Part shown: positions 15,573 through 23,599 of the stretch, one piece after another
Layout: every line of letters starts with the position of its first letter
Numbering within the stretch: the first letter of the stretch is position 1
Origin: Pseudomonadota bacterium
GTDB taxonomy: Bacteria > Pseudomonadota > Gammaproteobacteria > Steroidobacterales > Steroidobacteraceae
Direction of reading: 5' to 3'
NCBI GenBank assembly: GCA_025356075.1
Contig: JANXUT010000009.1
Span: forward strand, 1 to 24,000
DNA: 24,000 nt
The notes under the pieces: model-generated
Told to the model about the DNA's origin: nothing
Database searches by the model: none
The model's input: the letters and a program-made list of their open reading frames with translations, nothing else
Position numbers and translations under genes: made by a program

Positions 15573-18500
15573 CTAGCCGACCAATGCCTGCGGACACCAG
15601 CACGAGACCGACATGCCGCCCTTCGGCGGTCGCTCGAACAGCAGGCGGCCCCGCAACGCATCGGAGCGCACCGCAAGCGACCCGAGCCCGAGTCCGCTCG
15701 CGGGGCCAGCGTGCGGGTCGAATCCGACGCCGTTATCCTCGACGACGAGCTTGATGGCGGCTGCCGTCACATCAAGTGTGACCGTGATGCGGCTCGCGGA
15801 GGCGTGCTTGAGCGCGTTGTTCACGGCCTCGCGCACGATCTGGTAGAGATGCTCGCGGCTCCGTAGCGGCAGCGTGAGCGCCGCCCCCGCGCGGATCTCG
15901 ACGCGCAACTGCTGTTGCGAGCCGGGCGGAAGTTGCGTTGGCAGGTTGCGAATGGCTTCCAGGAGATCGCCGCGCGTGGCATCGAGCGGCGAGAGACCGT
16001 GCAGGATCTGGTCGCAACTCTGCCTTGCGTCCCGGATCGTCTTGCCGACGAACGACAGATCCGCTTCGGTGGGCTTCCCGCGCTGCTGGATCACCCGGCG
16101 GATGCTCGCAAGCCCGAGGGCGAGTCCCGTGAGGATCTGCCCGAGCCCGTCGTGAAGCTCGTGCGTAAGGCGACGCCGCTCGAGGTCGGACGCCTCGAGG
16201 ACCCGCCGGCGCAACTCGTTTCTTTCCGTCACGTCCACCGCGAAGCAGAGCAATTCGGTCGTGGTGCCGACATCGACCGGAGTCACCGAGAGCTCGACGT
16301 CGAAGCGCATTCCGGAGCGGGTGCGATGCACGGTCGGCCGGACGGTTCGACCGCTCGCGCTCGCCCAATCGCGGAGAGGAGCGGGCGAGTTCGGTTCCCC
16401 GTCGAGCTGATCGGGCGTCAGCTCTAGGAACTCCGCCCGCGTGTAGCCGTACTTCCGGATCGCCTCGGCGTTGACGGCCGTGATCCGGCCCCCGGCTCCG
16501 CCGTACGCAAATACCGGTCGCGGGATCGCCTCAAAGAGCGCCTCGTACCGTTTCTGCAGCCCCTTGAGCTCGCGCAGCGCCGTGTCGTAGCTCGCGACCA
16601 CTGTCGCGAGGAAGAGCCCCGTTGCAGCAAGCATCCCGATGAAGCCCCAGAGCACCTCGGGGCCTTCGGAAATGCTGACCCGTGCGAAGGGACCGATGCC
16701 TAGGCTGTAGCCCGTCGTCGCCGCGAGCGACACGACGAGCGTCGCCGCCGAGGCGAGCGCCACTCCAAAGCGGACGGCCGGCCATGCGACCACGACGACG
16801 CCGAGCGCGAGCAGCGGCAACCGCCAATTGGACGACGGCCCCGTCATGACCAATACCGCCATGAGTACGACGGCCAGCAGGAGGAGCGCCGTCTCGGGCC
16901 AGCGTTCGCTGGCGCCGCGCCGCACGCCCGCCGTCGGCGAAACGATGAGTGGTACCAGCAGCGCGATGCCCGCGACACCGTTGATCCACCAGCGCAGACT
17001 GAGGTCGATCTCCGCCTCCGTCAGGCCGAGAAAGCTGTAGTGGGGCTCAGCGATGGCGGCGAGGGATGCAGGCAACAACGTCGTCGGCGCCAGGCTGAGC
17101 GCGAGGTGAAGGCCAACCAGGTCGAACACCAGCGGAATTGCTCGTCCGACCGCCGCCGCCGCCACGACGAGCCCCAAGTCCGAGGCCCGGTCGAAGGCTC
17201 GGCGGAAGCCCCACCGCTCCAGCAGGCGCACGACCGCGATCGCGCAGAGCATTTCGCCGACGGCGTCCGCGAGCACGGTGATCCACTCGTCGTGGACGAT
17301 GCCTCCCCAGACGGCAACGGAGCCGAGAAACACCGCAGGCGCCAACCGCACGCCACCGAGCAGCAAACCCACGACCGCGACGCCATTCGGTATCCACGGA
17401 AACGCCAGCCGTGGCATCCAGGTCACGCTGGACGCATCGATGTGCTGAAGGACGAGCAGCCCCGCCTCGGCGGTTGCGACGTAGGCGATGAACAGGATGA
17501 GGCCCTGCAGCCAGGGCTGCGAGGCGGTGAAAGCGCCGAAGCGATGGGCAGCGGGGACAGCCGTGACCGTCGGTACCGGCGCGCCCTCCAATGTGCCAGT
17601 GCCGGCCTGCCCGCTCACGACCGGCTGGGCCGCATCGAGGCTCTGCGCGCATTCGAAGCGAACGCGAGTTCGTCCGGAAATCCTGGGCTCCGTGTAGAAG
17701 CGCGCCCGCGCGGCGGCGGCCCGAATCGCGATCGGCGAGGGGTTCATCCTGTCGCCCGGCTCATCTGCCGAGGTCGCGATGCCGTCGTCCTCGACACTGA
17801 CGCTGACCGATTCGGTCGAGACATCGACCGTCACGCGGACGTAGCTGACGCCGTCGCGAAGTAGCGCGGCACGCACCGCATCGTGGGCGATGCGATACAC
17901 GTGCTCGGAGCGCTCGAGCGACAGGGCGACCGGCGCGAAGGACCTGACCGAGACGCCGACTTCAGGTCCCCCGCCCGTCGTCAGCACCTGGGGGAGCCCC
18001 CGCAAAGCATCGATCAGGTCGCCGGCCGCGAACTGGATGGGCGAAGCCCCGCGAGTCAGGTGGCGGCAAATCGTCGTCGCGGCCGAGGCGTCCTGCTCGA
18101 GCGGTGCGAGGCGGTCAAGCTCGATGGGAGCGGCTTGGCGATGCGCGCACATCAATCCATCGACGCTCGTTTCAAGGCGCGCGAGCACCGGCACGAGTCG
18201 CTCGCGAACTTCCTGTCCCAGCCGCTCGCGCTCCGAATCCGCAGCGTTCAGGACCGCGAGACGCAGGTCATTTCGTTCATCGACGATGTCGATCGAACAG
18301 GTCCGCACCGGCGCGCCGTTCAATTCGAGGCGCACGGCGCTGACCTCGACCCTGAGTTCTTTCCCATCCGCCGTCCGGTGCGTCGCACCAAACGGCGGCG
18401 CGGTCGTCCCGCGACTGACGCGCGGTGCGTGCACGAAGGGATCCGCACCAACAGCGATGTCGCGCCCCGTCAGCTGCAGAAACTGCTCCGCCGAATAGCC

Positions 18501-19766
18501 GTAGGCAGTGACCGCGGCGTCGTTGACGACGAGAATCCGGCCCGTCGCCACGTCCTCGACCCACATCGGGCTCGGACTTGCGAGAAAGAGCCGCCGATAG
18601 CGCTCAACCGCGGCCGCCAGCTGCTGCTGCACCCGATAGCGACTCGACTGGAGCGCCGTCAGAATTAGGCCAACACCAGCCAACACGCCGATGAAGCCCC
18701 ACTGGACCTCGATCGCCTCGCGGCTGCCGATCCCGGCGAAGACCCCGAGCTGCAGGCCAAATCCGGCCGTTGCGCCAATCGAGAAGAGCACCGTGCCGAC
18801 GGAGGCGATCGCGACGCCGAAGCGAGTGGCGGCCCACACCACGAGGACGATGGCCAAGGCCAGCAGGGTCAACCGTGGCCCGAGACCCGGGAGCGACAAC
18901 GCGGCGGCGAGCCATCCCACCGACCCGATCGCCCAGAGCCCGAGTTCAGCCGACGAGCCCGGCTGTCGCCGTCCGCTCGTGGGTGCCACGAAGGCGAGGA
19001 GCGGGACGACAAGGATGACGCCGCACACGGTGTTGGCCCACCAACGCAGTGCAAACAGTAGGAGCGGCGGGCCCATGACGAGCACATCGCCCACGCGGCT
19101 GATGCCCGCCTCATCGAGAATCAAGGGTGATTTGGTGCCTACCTGGGTCCATGCGACGGCGATGAGGCCGATCATGTCGCTCGTAGACGTGACCAGCCGA
19201 CCGATCGCGGCCGCAGCGATCAGGATCAGCACGTCCTGGTAGCGTTCGAGCGATGGCCGATAGGCCCAGGCGCGCAGCAGCCACACGATCAGAACGACGC
19301 TGATCGCTTCGCTTATGCCGCCGAGCAGTACCGGCATCCACGCGTCGCGTTCGATGAGCCCCCAGGTGATCCAGGAACCCACCAGGACGCCGGGCCACGC
19401 CCGGATGCCGAACAGGAGCAAGCCACTGACCCCGATTCCGGCCGCCAGCCACGGGACGCCGAGCGTCTGTGCCAACCCTTCGAGACCCGGTGCCAGGATC
19501 CGCCGCAGCAGTACGAGGCCCAGCCATCCGGCAGCCACGTACGTCGCGCAGACGATGGCGGAAGCAGCGACGGTCGACACCTTGCCCCGCAGGAGAGGCT
19601 CGATGATCCTCGCTTCGATCTGAGCTGCGAATGTCGTGCCGAGCGTAGGCAAGGTCAGTACCGTCGTTGTCGACCGGGGGTTCGTGCACGATTCGGCATC
19701 GATGTGGCGCTCCCTCGATGCCGGGCCAACGCTCAATTGTCGGCCGAACCGGGGTCGGTGGCCCAT
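15573..19766 (-). CDS. sensor histidine kinase with duplicated architecture: [MASE1-PAS-degenerate HisKA_3/HATPase]-[MASE1-PAS-HisKA_3-HATPase_c]
   Basis: 1397-aa ORF.
- Module 2 (aa ~745-1397) has a polytopic MASE1-like region, a PAS domain, the HisKA_3 H-box 'ERRRLTHELHDGLGQ', the N-box 'REAVNNALKHA', G1 'EDNGVGF' and G2 'GLGLGS'.
- Module 1 (aa ~62-706) aligns along its whole length, but shows 'ERERLGQEVRERLVP', 'HDAVRAALLRDG' and 'EDDGIAT' at those positions.
- The exact start is uncertain, because the first ~60 aa are non-hydrophobic and R/T-rich. Confidence 0.85.
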   Translation of the reverse strand: MGHRPRFGRQLSVGPASRERHIDAESCTNPRSTTTVLTLPTLGTTFAAQIEARIIEPLLRGKVSTVAASAIVCATYVAAGWLGLVLLRRILAPGLEGLAQTLGVPWLAAGIGVSGLLLFGIRAWPGVLVGSWITWGLIERDAWMPVLLGGISEAISVVLIVWLLRAWAYRPSLERYQDVLILIAAAAIGRLVTSTSDMIGLIAVAWTQVGTKSPLILDEAGISRVGDVLVMGPPLLLFALRWWANTVCGVILVVPLLAFVAPTSGRRQPGSSAELGLWAIGSVGWLAAALSLPGLGPRLTLLALAIVLVVWAATRFGVAIASVGTVLFSIGATAGFGLQLGVFAGIGSREAIEVQWGFIGVLAGVGLILTALQSSRYRVQQQLAAAVERYRRLFLASPSPMWVEDVATGRILVVNDAAVTAYGYSAEQFLQLTGRDIAVGADPFVHAPRVSRGTTAPPFGATHRTADGKELRVEVSAVRLELNGAPVRTCSIDIVDERNDLRLAVLNAADSERERLGQEVRERLVPVLARLETSVDGLMCAHRQAAPIELDRLAPLEQDASAATTICRHLTRGASPIQFAAGDLIDALRGLPQVLTTGGGPEVGVSVRSFAPVALSLERSEHVYRIAHDAVRAALLRDGVSYVRVTVDVSTESVSVSVEDDGIATSADEPGDRMNPSPIAIRAAAARARFYTEPRISGRTRVRFECAQSLDAAQPVVSGQAGTGTLEGAPVPTVTAVPAAHRFGAFTASQPWLQGLILFIAYVATAEAGLLVLQHIDASSVTWMPRLAFPWIPNGVAVVGLLLGGVRLAPAVFLGSVAVWGGIVHDEWITVLADAVGEMLCAIAVVRLLERWGFRRAFDRASDLGLVVAAAAVGRAIPLVFDLVGLHLALSLAPTTLLPASLAAIAEPHYSFLGLTEAEIDLSLRWWINGVAGIALLVPLIVSPTAGVRRGASERWPETALLLLAVVLMAVLVMTGPSSNWRLPLLALGVVVVAWPAVRFGVALASAATLVVSLAATTGYSLGIGPFARVSISEGPEVLWGFIGMLAATGLFLATVVASYDTALRELKGLQKRYEALFEAIPRPVFAYGGAGGRITAVNAEAIRKYGYTRAEFLELTPDQLDGEPNSPAPLRDWASASGRTVRPTVHRTRSGMRFDVELSVTPVDVGTTTELLCFAVDVTERNELRRRVLEASDLERRRLTHELHDGLGQILTGLALGLASIRRVIQQRGKPTEADLSFVGKTIRDARQSCDQILHGLSPLDATRGDLLEAIRNLPTQLPPGSQQQLRVEIRAGAALTLPLRSREHLYQIVREAVNNALKHASASRITVTLDVTAAAIKLVVEDNGVGFDPHAGPASGLGLGSLAVRSDALRGRLLFERPPKGGMSVSCWCPQALVG

Positions 19767-20222
19767 CGATTTCGCACTCGGGGCCGACGACGGAGCGCCA
19801 AGTCGCCCACCCGGTCCTTATCGGCATGCCGCCGGAGGGATTTACCCCTTCCGGACAACCCGGAGCGGAAAAAATCGGAGCCGCTCATGAAAGCCGTCGG
19901 CCACGCGTCGCTGAGGTCAGGATCCCGTCTGCGTCCCACAGGCCGCTCCGAATTCTCGGGAATCGAGCTGCCGCTCACGGCTTCCCCGACGAGCGCGCCG
20001 CGCTCACGGAGGAACACCTTACTCCTGACGGCGCCGAGTGCCCCTTTCCGGGTTCGTCGGCGCGTCGAGCGGATTCAGGGCGCTGCGCGGTCAGCCGACG
20101 GCGGCCTCCTGGCGCGGCAGCGAGTCCGGCAGCTCCTTCCGGGGTCGGCCGAGGCTTGGGCGCGCAACAGCCCGGGGGTGATCCAGCGAGGCCGACGCCT
20201 CGCCGGCCTCGCCGGGGGGGCA

Positions 20223-21011
20223 TCAGCTGGTCGGCCGCGCGTGACGACCGCGATCCATGGCCTTCAGCATCGGGTTTTCGACCTTCGTGTAGCCCGCGGG
20301 AACCTCCCACGCCGACGCCGGGATGCTACCGCGGCGCACTTCAAGTACTTCGGAGTCGATGCTGCGCTTCGTTCCCATGATCTCGAGGGTCGTGGAGGTC
20401 GCGACGGGGAAGCCCTTCATCGCTTTCATCTTCTCGGCGAGCTCGGCGCCGGAATTGGCCATCGGACCCATGGCGCTCATCGCGCTGCGCATACTCTCGG
20501 AGAATTCCTTGTAGGCGTCGAATGCGTGGGCTGGGTATTGCAGGGCGGTCGTCAGGCACTCGCGAGTCGTCGACAGACCCGACATGCCGATCGTCCATTC
20601 CTCGCAGCTGAAGCCCGCGATAATCCGCGTGACACCGGTCTTTTTGACCTCGTAGGACCCCGCGACGGCGCCCGCCATGTTCTTCATGAACTCCATCCCT
20701 TTCTTCATCTCGGGGTCGTTCATGCGCTCGTGCATCTTCACCTTGAGCTGCTCGAGGTCCTCTTTCGTGATCGTGTAGTACGTCTTCTTCTTGCCATCGA
20801 GCATGGTCATCACGCCCGTCTTGAGGTCGACCAACGACTCCTGGCCATCGCCGCTCGCCATGCGCACGTGGTCGCTTGCCATGTAGCTGGTTGTCGTGGG
20901 CCCCGCTTTGCCGTTGTCGGTGTGGCTCGAGACGATCGTGAGATCGTCGGACGCTGCGGCAGCGGTTGTGGCGACGGCAAGAAGCATGAGCGTGAGGAGT
21001 GGGGTTCGCAT
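20223..21011 (-). CDS. methionine-rich secreted protein (DUF4412-like, tentative)
   Basis: 262 aa with a GGAGA SD and signal peptide MRTPLLTLMLLAVATTAAAAS. I count 22 Met by hand, clustered in 'MHERMNDPEMKKGMEFMKNM' and 'MRSAMSAMGPM...KMKAMKG'. The family assignment is low confidence. Confidence 0.7.
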   Translation of the reverse strand: MRTPLLTLMLLAVATTAAAASDDLTIVSSHTDNGKAGPTTTSYMASDHVRMASGDGQESLVDLKTGVMTMLDGKKKTYYTITKEDLEQLKVKMHERMNDPEMKKGMEFMKNMAGAVAGSYEVKKTGVTRIIAGFSCEEWTIGMSGLSTTRECLTTALQYPAHAFDAYKEFSESMRSAMSAMGPMANSGAELAEKMKAMKGFPVATSTTLEIMGTKRSIDSEVLEVRRGSIPASAWEVPAGYTKVENPMLKAMDRGRHARPTS

Positions 21012-21033
21012 GAAGTCTCCGTTGCGGGGAAAT

Positions 21034-21051
21034 GACGCCGCCGCCGGCGTC
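21034..21051 (-). terminator. GC-rich hairpin GACGCCG-ccgc-CGGCGTC downstream of the OmpA-like remnant
   Basis: A 7-bp perfect stem with a 4-nt loop is followed on the minus strand by ATTTCC (weak U-tract). It lies immediately upstream of the SD of the 20223..21011 gene. Confidence 0.35.
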
Positions 21052-21068
21052 GTTAGAGCGGGCAGTGG

Positions 21069-21308
21069 TCAGGAGCGGGTGAGTTCGACGCGCCGGTTGC
21101 GGGCGCGGCTCCCGAGGCTTGAATTCGCTTCACGGGGCGCCGCGGCCAGAACAGAGCCCTCCCCGAAGCCCGACGCTTCGGGGATCGACGGCAGCTTGGT
21201 CACGGGATACTCGCGGTATTCGGCGCCGGGGAGATCCAGTGGCGCGGCGGGATTCGAGCCTACTCGCTTTCGTGACCGCGGGTGCCGCAGAGAACTCGCA
21301 GGCGCCAC
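21069..21308 (-). pseudogene. remnant of an OmpA/MotB-family peptidoglycan-binding domain (C-terminal ~35-45 aa only)
   Basis: The 79-aa ORF ends '...IPEASGFGEGSVLAAAPREANSSLGSRARNRRVELTRS', matching the conserved end of OmpA_C domains (G-x-G-E ... N-R-R-V-E). The upstream part (MAPASSLRHPRSRKRVGSNPAAP...) is unlike the rest of the domain, and there is no signal or lipoprotein part. Confidence 0.5.
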
Positions 21309-21344
21309 CGCCGCCTCGCTCGCCAGCGAGGCGGCACTCCAGCG

Positions 21345-22106
21345 TCAGCGACTCCGGGCCCGGTCGAATGCCTCGCGCGCCGGCAAGAGCAGGACCGCCA
21401 TGTAAACGGCCAGGACGCCACAGGTAACCCATTCCCAGAACGCGAAGCTGAGGTACAGGGGAACGCCGCGGGCGCGCCACGAGAGATTGACCCACGGGAG
21501 CTCGGGCCGCGCGAAGTAGACATACGCCTGCGCCGAGGCCGCCAGCAGGACCGGCGACACGACCGCACAAACGATCGCGGCTGCCCAGAGCCGCCCGGCG
21601 CCGCCGGACATGCGAATTCGACGGACAATGCCCGTCTGGAACGTTCGGAGGATCCCGAAGGTCAGCCCGGCGAACGCGACTATCGCGAGAATCTCGTGCA
21701 CCTTCGGCAGTGGCACGAGTCGCTCCGGGAGTGCCGCGGCGAGCGTCGTGCAGAAGTATCCCATCTGGAAAGCGCGGAGCCCGCCAGTCCCGGCCGACTC
21801 GGTCGAGTAGCGCGCACGCTGCGCCGCCAGCGTCGCCCAGACGAAGCCCAGGCACCCGCACGCGGCGATTCCCGCCGACGACCACCCGTAGCCGCCCGGA
21901 TTGCGCTCGATCGAGAGCAGACTCGATACCGTCATGTACCGCCAGTCGAACTCCACCGGGTAGCGCCTGGCCGCCATCACGACACCGCTCCAGAACGCGC
22001 AGATTCCGAGGAGTCCGGTCGTGGCGAGCGCCCACTCCGGAAGCGGGCGAGATCGACGCGCGATGCCGTTCTTGACGGTCAGCTCCATCGGTGAAAGTGC
22101 ACGCAA
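21345..22106 (-). CDS. integral membrane protein (DUF998-like, tentative)
   Basis: 253 aa with a TTG start and GAGGGA SD 8 nt upstream. It has about 6 hydrophobic segments. I chose it over the overlapping R/G-rich ORFs 21130..22275(-) and 21282..22094(+) on composition. Confidence 0.7.
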   Translation of the reverse strand: MRALSPMELTVKNGIARRSRPLPEWALATTGLLGICAFWSGVVMAARRYPVEFDWRYMTVSSLLSIERNPGGYGWSSAGIAACGCLGFVWATLAAQRARYSTESAGTGGLRAFQMGYFCTTLAAALPERLVPLPKVHEILAIVAFAGLTFGILRTFQTGIVRRIRMSGGAGRLWAAAIVCAVVSPVLLAASAQAYVYFARPELPWVNLSWRARGVPLYLSFAFWEWVTCGVLAVYMAVLLLPAREAFDRARSR

Positions 22107-22274
22107 TCGAGGTATCCCTCGTCAGCACGCCGGCGATCGGGGGCGCCCAATTGCCGGGCGCAATCTCCGCGCGTTGTGAGTGCCATGGCCCCAAGAGTAG
22201 CCCTTTCCCGGTGGTACGCTGCGAGAAGCGCCGAGCGGCGGGCGCTCCGGCCGCGTGAGGTGCGGATTGGCCCA

Positions 22275-22652
22275 ATGAGCACGTCGGAGGGCAACGAAGG
22301 CGCAGTGCGACAAGCGGCGGCGGCCCTACGCGTCATCAAGGTCCTGCACACGCTCGCGTGGGCGTTCTTCGCCGGCTGCATTGTCGCGATCCCACTTGTC
22401 TCGTGGCGTGGTGACGATGCCGCGGCCGGCTGGCTTTCCCTGATCGTACTGGCGGAAGTCCTGGTGCTGGTCGTCAACCGCTGGCGATGTCCTCTTACGG
22501 CCGTCGCCGCTCGCTATACGGAAGATCGGCGTGACAACTTCGACATCTATCTCCCTGAGTGGCTCGCCAGCTACAACAAGGTCATCTTTGGCGCCCTCTA
22601 TATACTGGGACTTGCATTCGCATTCGCACGGTGGATTGCAGGGCCGCAATAG
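22275..22652 (+). CDS. small integral membrane protein with 'W-x-C-P-L-T' motif (DUF2784-like, tentative)
   Basis: The ORF track gives 22176..22652. I chose the start at ATG 22275 (MSTSEGNEG...) because the upstream part is R-rich. It has three or four TM segments and the motif 'NRWRCPLTAVAARY'. Confidence 0.65.
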   Translation: MSTSEGNEGAVRQAAAALRVIKVLHTLAWAFFAGCIVAIPLVSWRGDDAAAGWLSLIVLAEVLVLVVNRWRCPLTAVAARYTEDRRDNFDIYLPEWLASYNKVIFGALYILGLAFAFARWIAGPQ

Positions 22653-22733
22653 CGTGGTGCCTGGCGCCTGCGACCAACGGCGCGGCACCGCGCAAGCGCA
22701 CGATCGTTGGAGATAGAGCATCGCCGTCGCGCG

Positions 22734-23477
22734 CTAGCTGACCCACCACGTTGACCAGCGAACCCAACTCGAACTCACGCCAACGGCATGCGCCGCATAG
22801 AGGCTAGCCACCGCCGCAGAGCCAACGATGCCAAACGCCGGATGAACGCTGCGGTGTCGATACGAATCGACGCCGGCGACTACGACGACAAGGAGTGCCC
22901 ACAGCGTCAACAGCGTTATGTTTTGGTGCAGCATCTCGATGCTCGTCATGAATGCGAGCCGCACGATCACGTTGGGTAGGATGCACAGCGTCGCGAGCAG
23001 CATCAGCCGCTTGTGCCAGTCATGACGATTGCGAAGCAGCACGGCAGCACCAACGAGGGACGCGAACAGCGCCATTTGCGTGAGCTCGAGCGCCAGCACA
23101 TTGAGCTGCGAGCCAACATCCGCGCTGTGAGCCCGAACTTCCCGGGCCGCCGCGCCCAGGGTGGCCATGCACCCGAGCACCACAATCAGCACGGCGTAGC
23201 ACGCGCCGAAGAATCCGATCCGCCGATGCCAGCGCACTCGTTTCGCGGATACGAGCGCTGCCTGAATGAACAGCAGCAATACCCATCCGCTCATGACGGA
23301 ACCGTGAAGATCCAGAAACAGCGAAGGAGCTGGTACGCCGAACAGGTCGTGCAAGTAGAACGAGCGGGCGAAGCCGGCGAAGACGAAGACAACGATCGCG
23401 GCGGCGCTGACCGCAAAGAAGCGACGATCCGGGGACATCGCGTTGAGACTCATGCCACCGGCCGGTGTTCTAGCCAT
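22734..23477 (-). CDS. integral membrane protein, ~6 TM (hypothetical)
   Basis: 247-aa ORF with repeated hydrophobic helices and positive-inside loops (SAKRVRWHRR, LRNRHDWHKR). There is no clear SD, and the start could be a downstream Met (23453 or 23438). Confidence 0.7.
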   Translation of the reverse strand: MARTPAGGMSLNAMSPDRRFFAVSAAAIVVFVFAGFARSFYLHDLFGVPAPSLFLDLHGSVMSGWVLLLFIQAALVSAKRVRWHRRIGFFGACYAVLIVVLGCMATLGAAAREVRAHSADVGSQLNVLALELTQMALFASLVGAAVLLRNRHDWHKRLMLLATLCILPNVIVRLAFMTSIEMLHQNITLLTLWALLVVVVAGVDSYRHRSVHPAFGIVGSAAVASLYAAHAVGVSSSWVRWSTWWVS

Positions 23478-23599
23478 GACGGTGAAGTCCTAGTTCTTCC
23501 CCGAATCCCAGCTACGCGTAGCGGCGAAAGGACGGCAAACGCCTCCCGCCTGACAGCGCCATCCATGGGACCCACGGCGTTGTTGTACGAGTATCGCCA

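Noticed and set aside
15012-15676. ORFs 15012..15386 (+) and 15050..15676 (-) covering the gap downstream of the kinase.
   Set aside because: Both are dominated by Arg/Ser/Cys runs and have no SD. The 77-aa minus-strand ORF, with its strong SD, is the better candidate for the part it covers.
20092-20223. Short minus-strand ORF starting at an ATG that overlaps the stop of the Met-rich protein gene (TGATG), which at first looked like a coupled micro-gene.
   Set aside because: My hand translation conflicted with the ORF track, because I misread the lengths of two G-runs near 20160 and 20220. The track translation (MPPRRGRRGVGLAGSPPGCC...) is R/G/P-rich noise.
19704-21035. 443-aa plus-strand ORF spanning the kinase upstream gap and the antisense of the Met-rich protein gene.
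   Set aside because: It is R/G/A/H-rich and mostly the antisense frame of a well-supported secreted-protein gene. The 5' part (MKAVGHASLRSGSRLRPTGR...) is low-complexity despite a GGAG upstream.
21130-22275. 381-aa minus-strand ORF (and 270-aa plus-strand ORF 21282..22094) overlapping the membrane-protein gene 21345..22106.
   Set aside because: Both are extremely R/G/A/P-rich. The 21345..22106 frame gives coherent TM helices and has a GAGGGA SD, so it is the real gene.
22614-22628. Tandem hexamer GCATTC-GCATTC-GCA.
   Set aside because: It lies inside the membrane-protein CDS and simply encodes Ala-Phe-Ala-Phe-Ala in a TM helix. It is too short to be a meaningful repeat.
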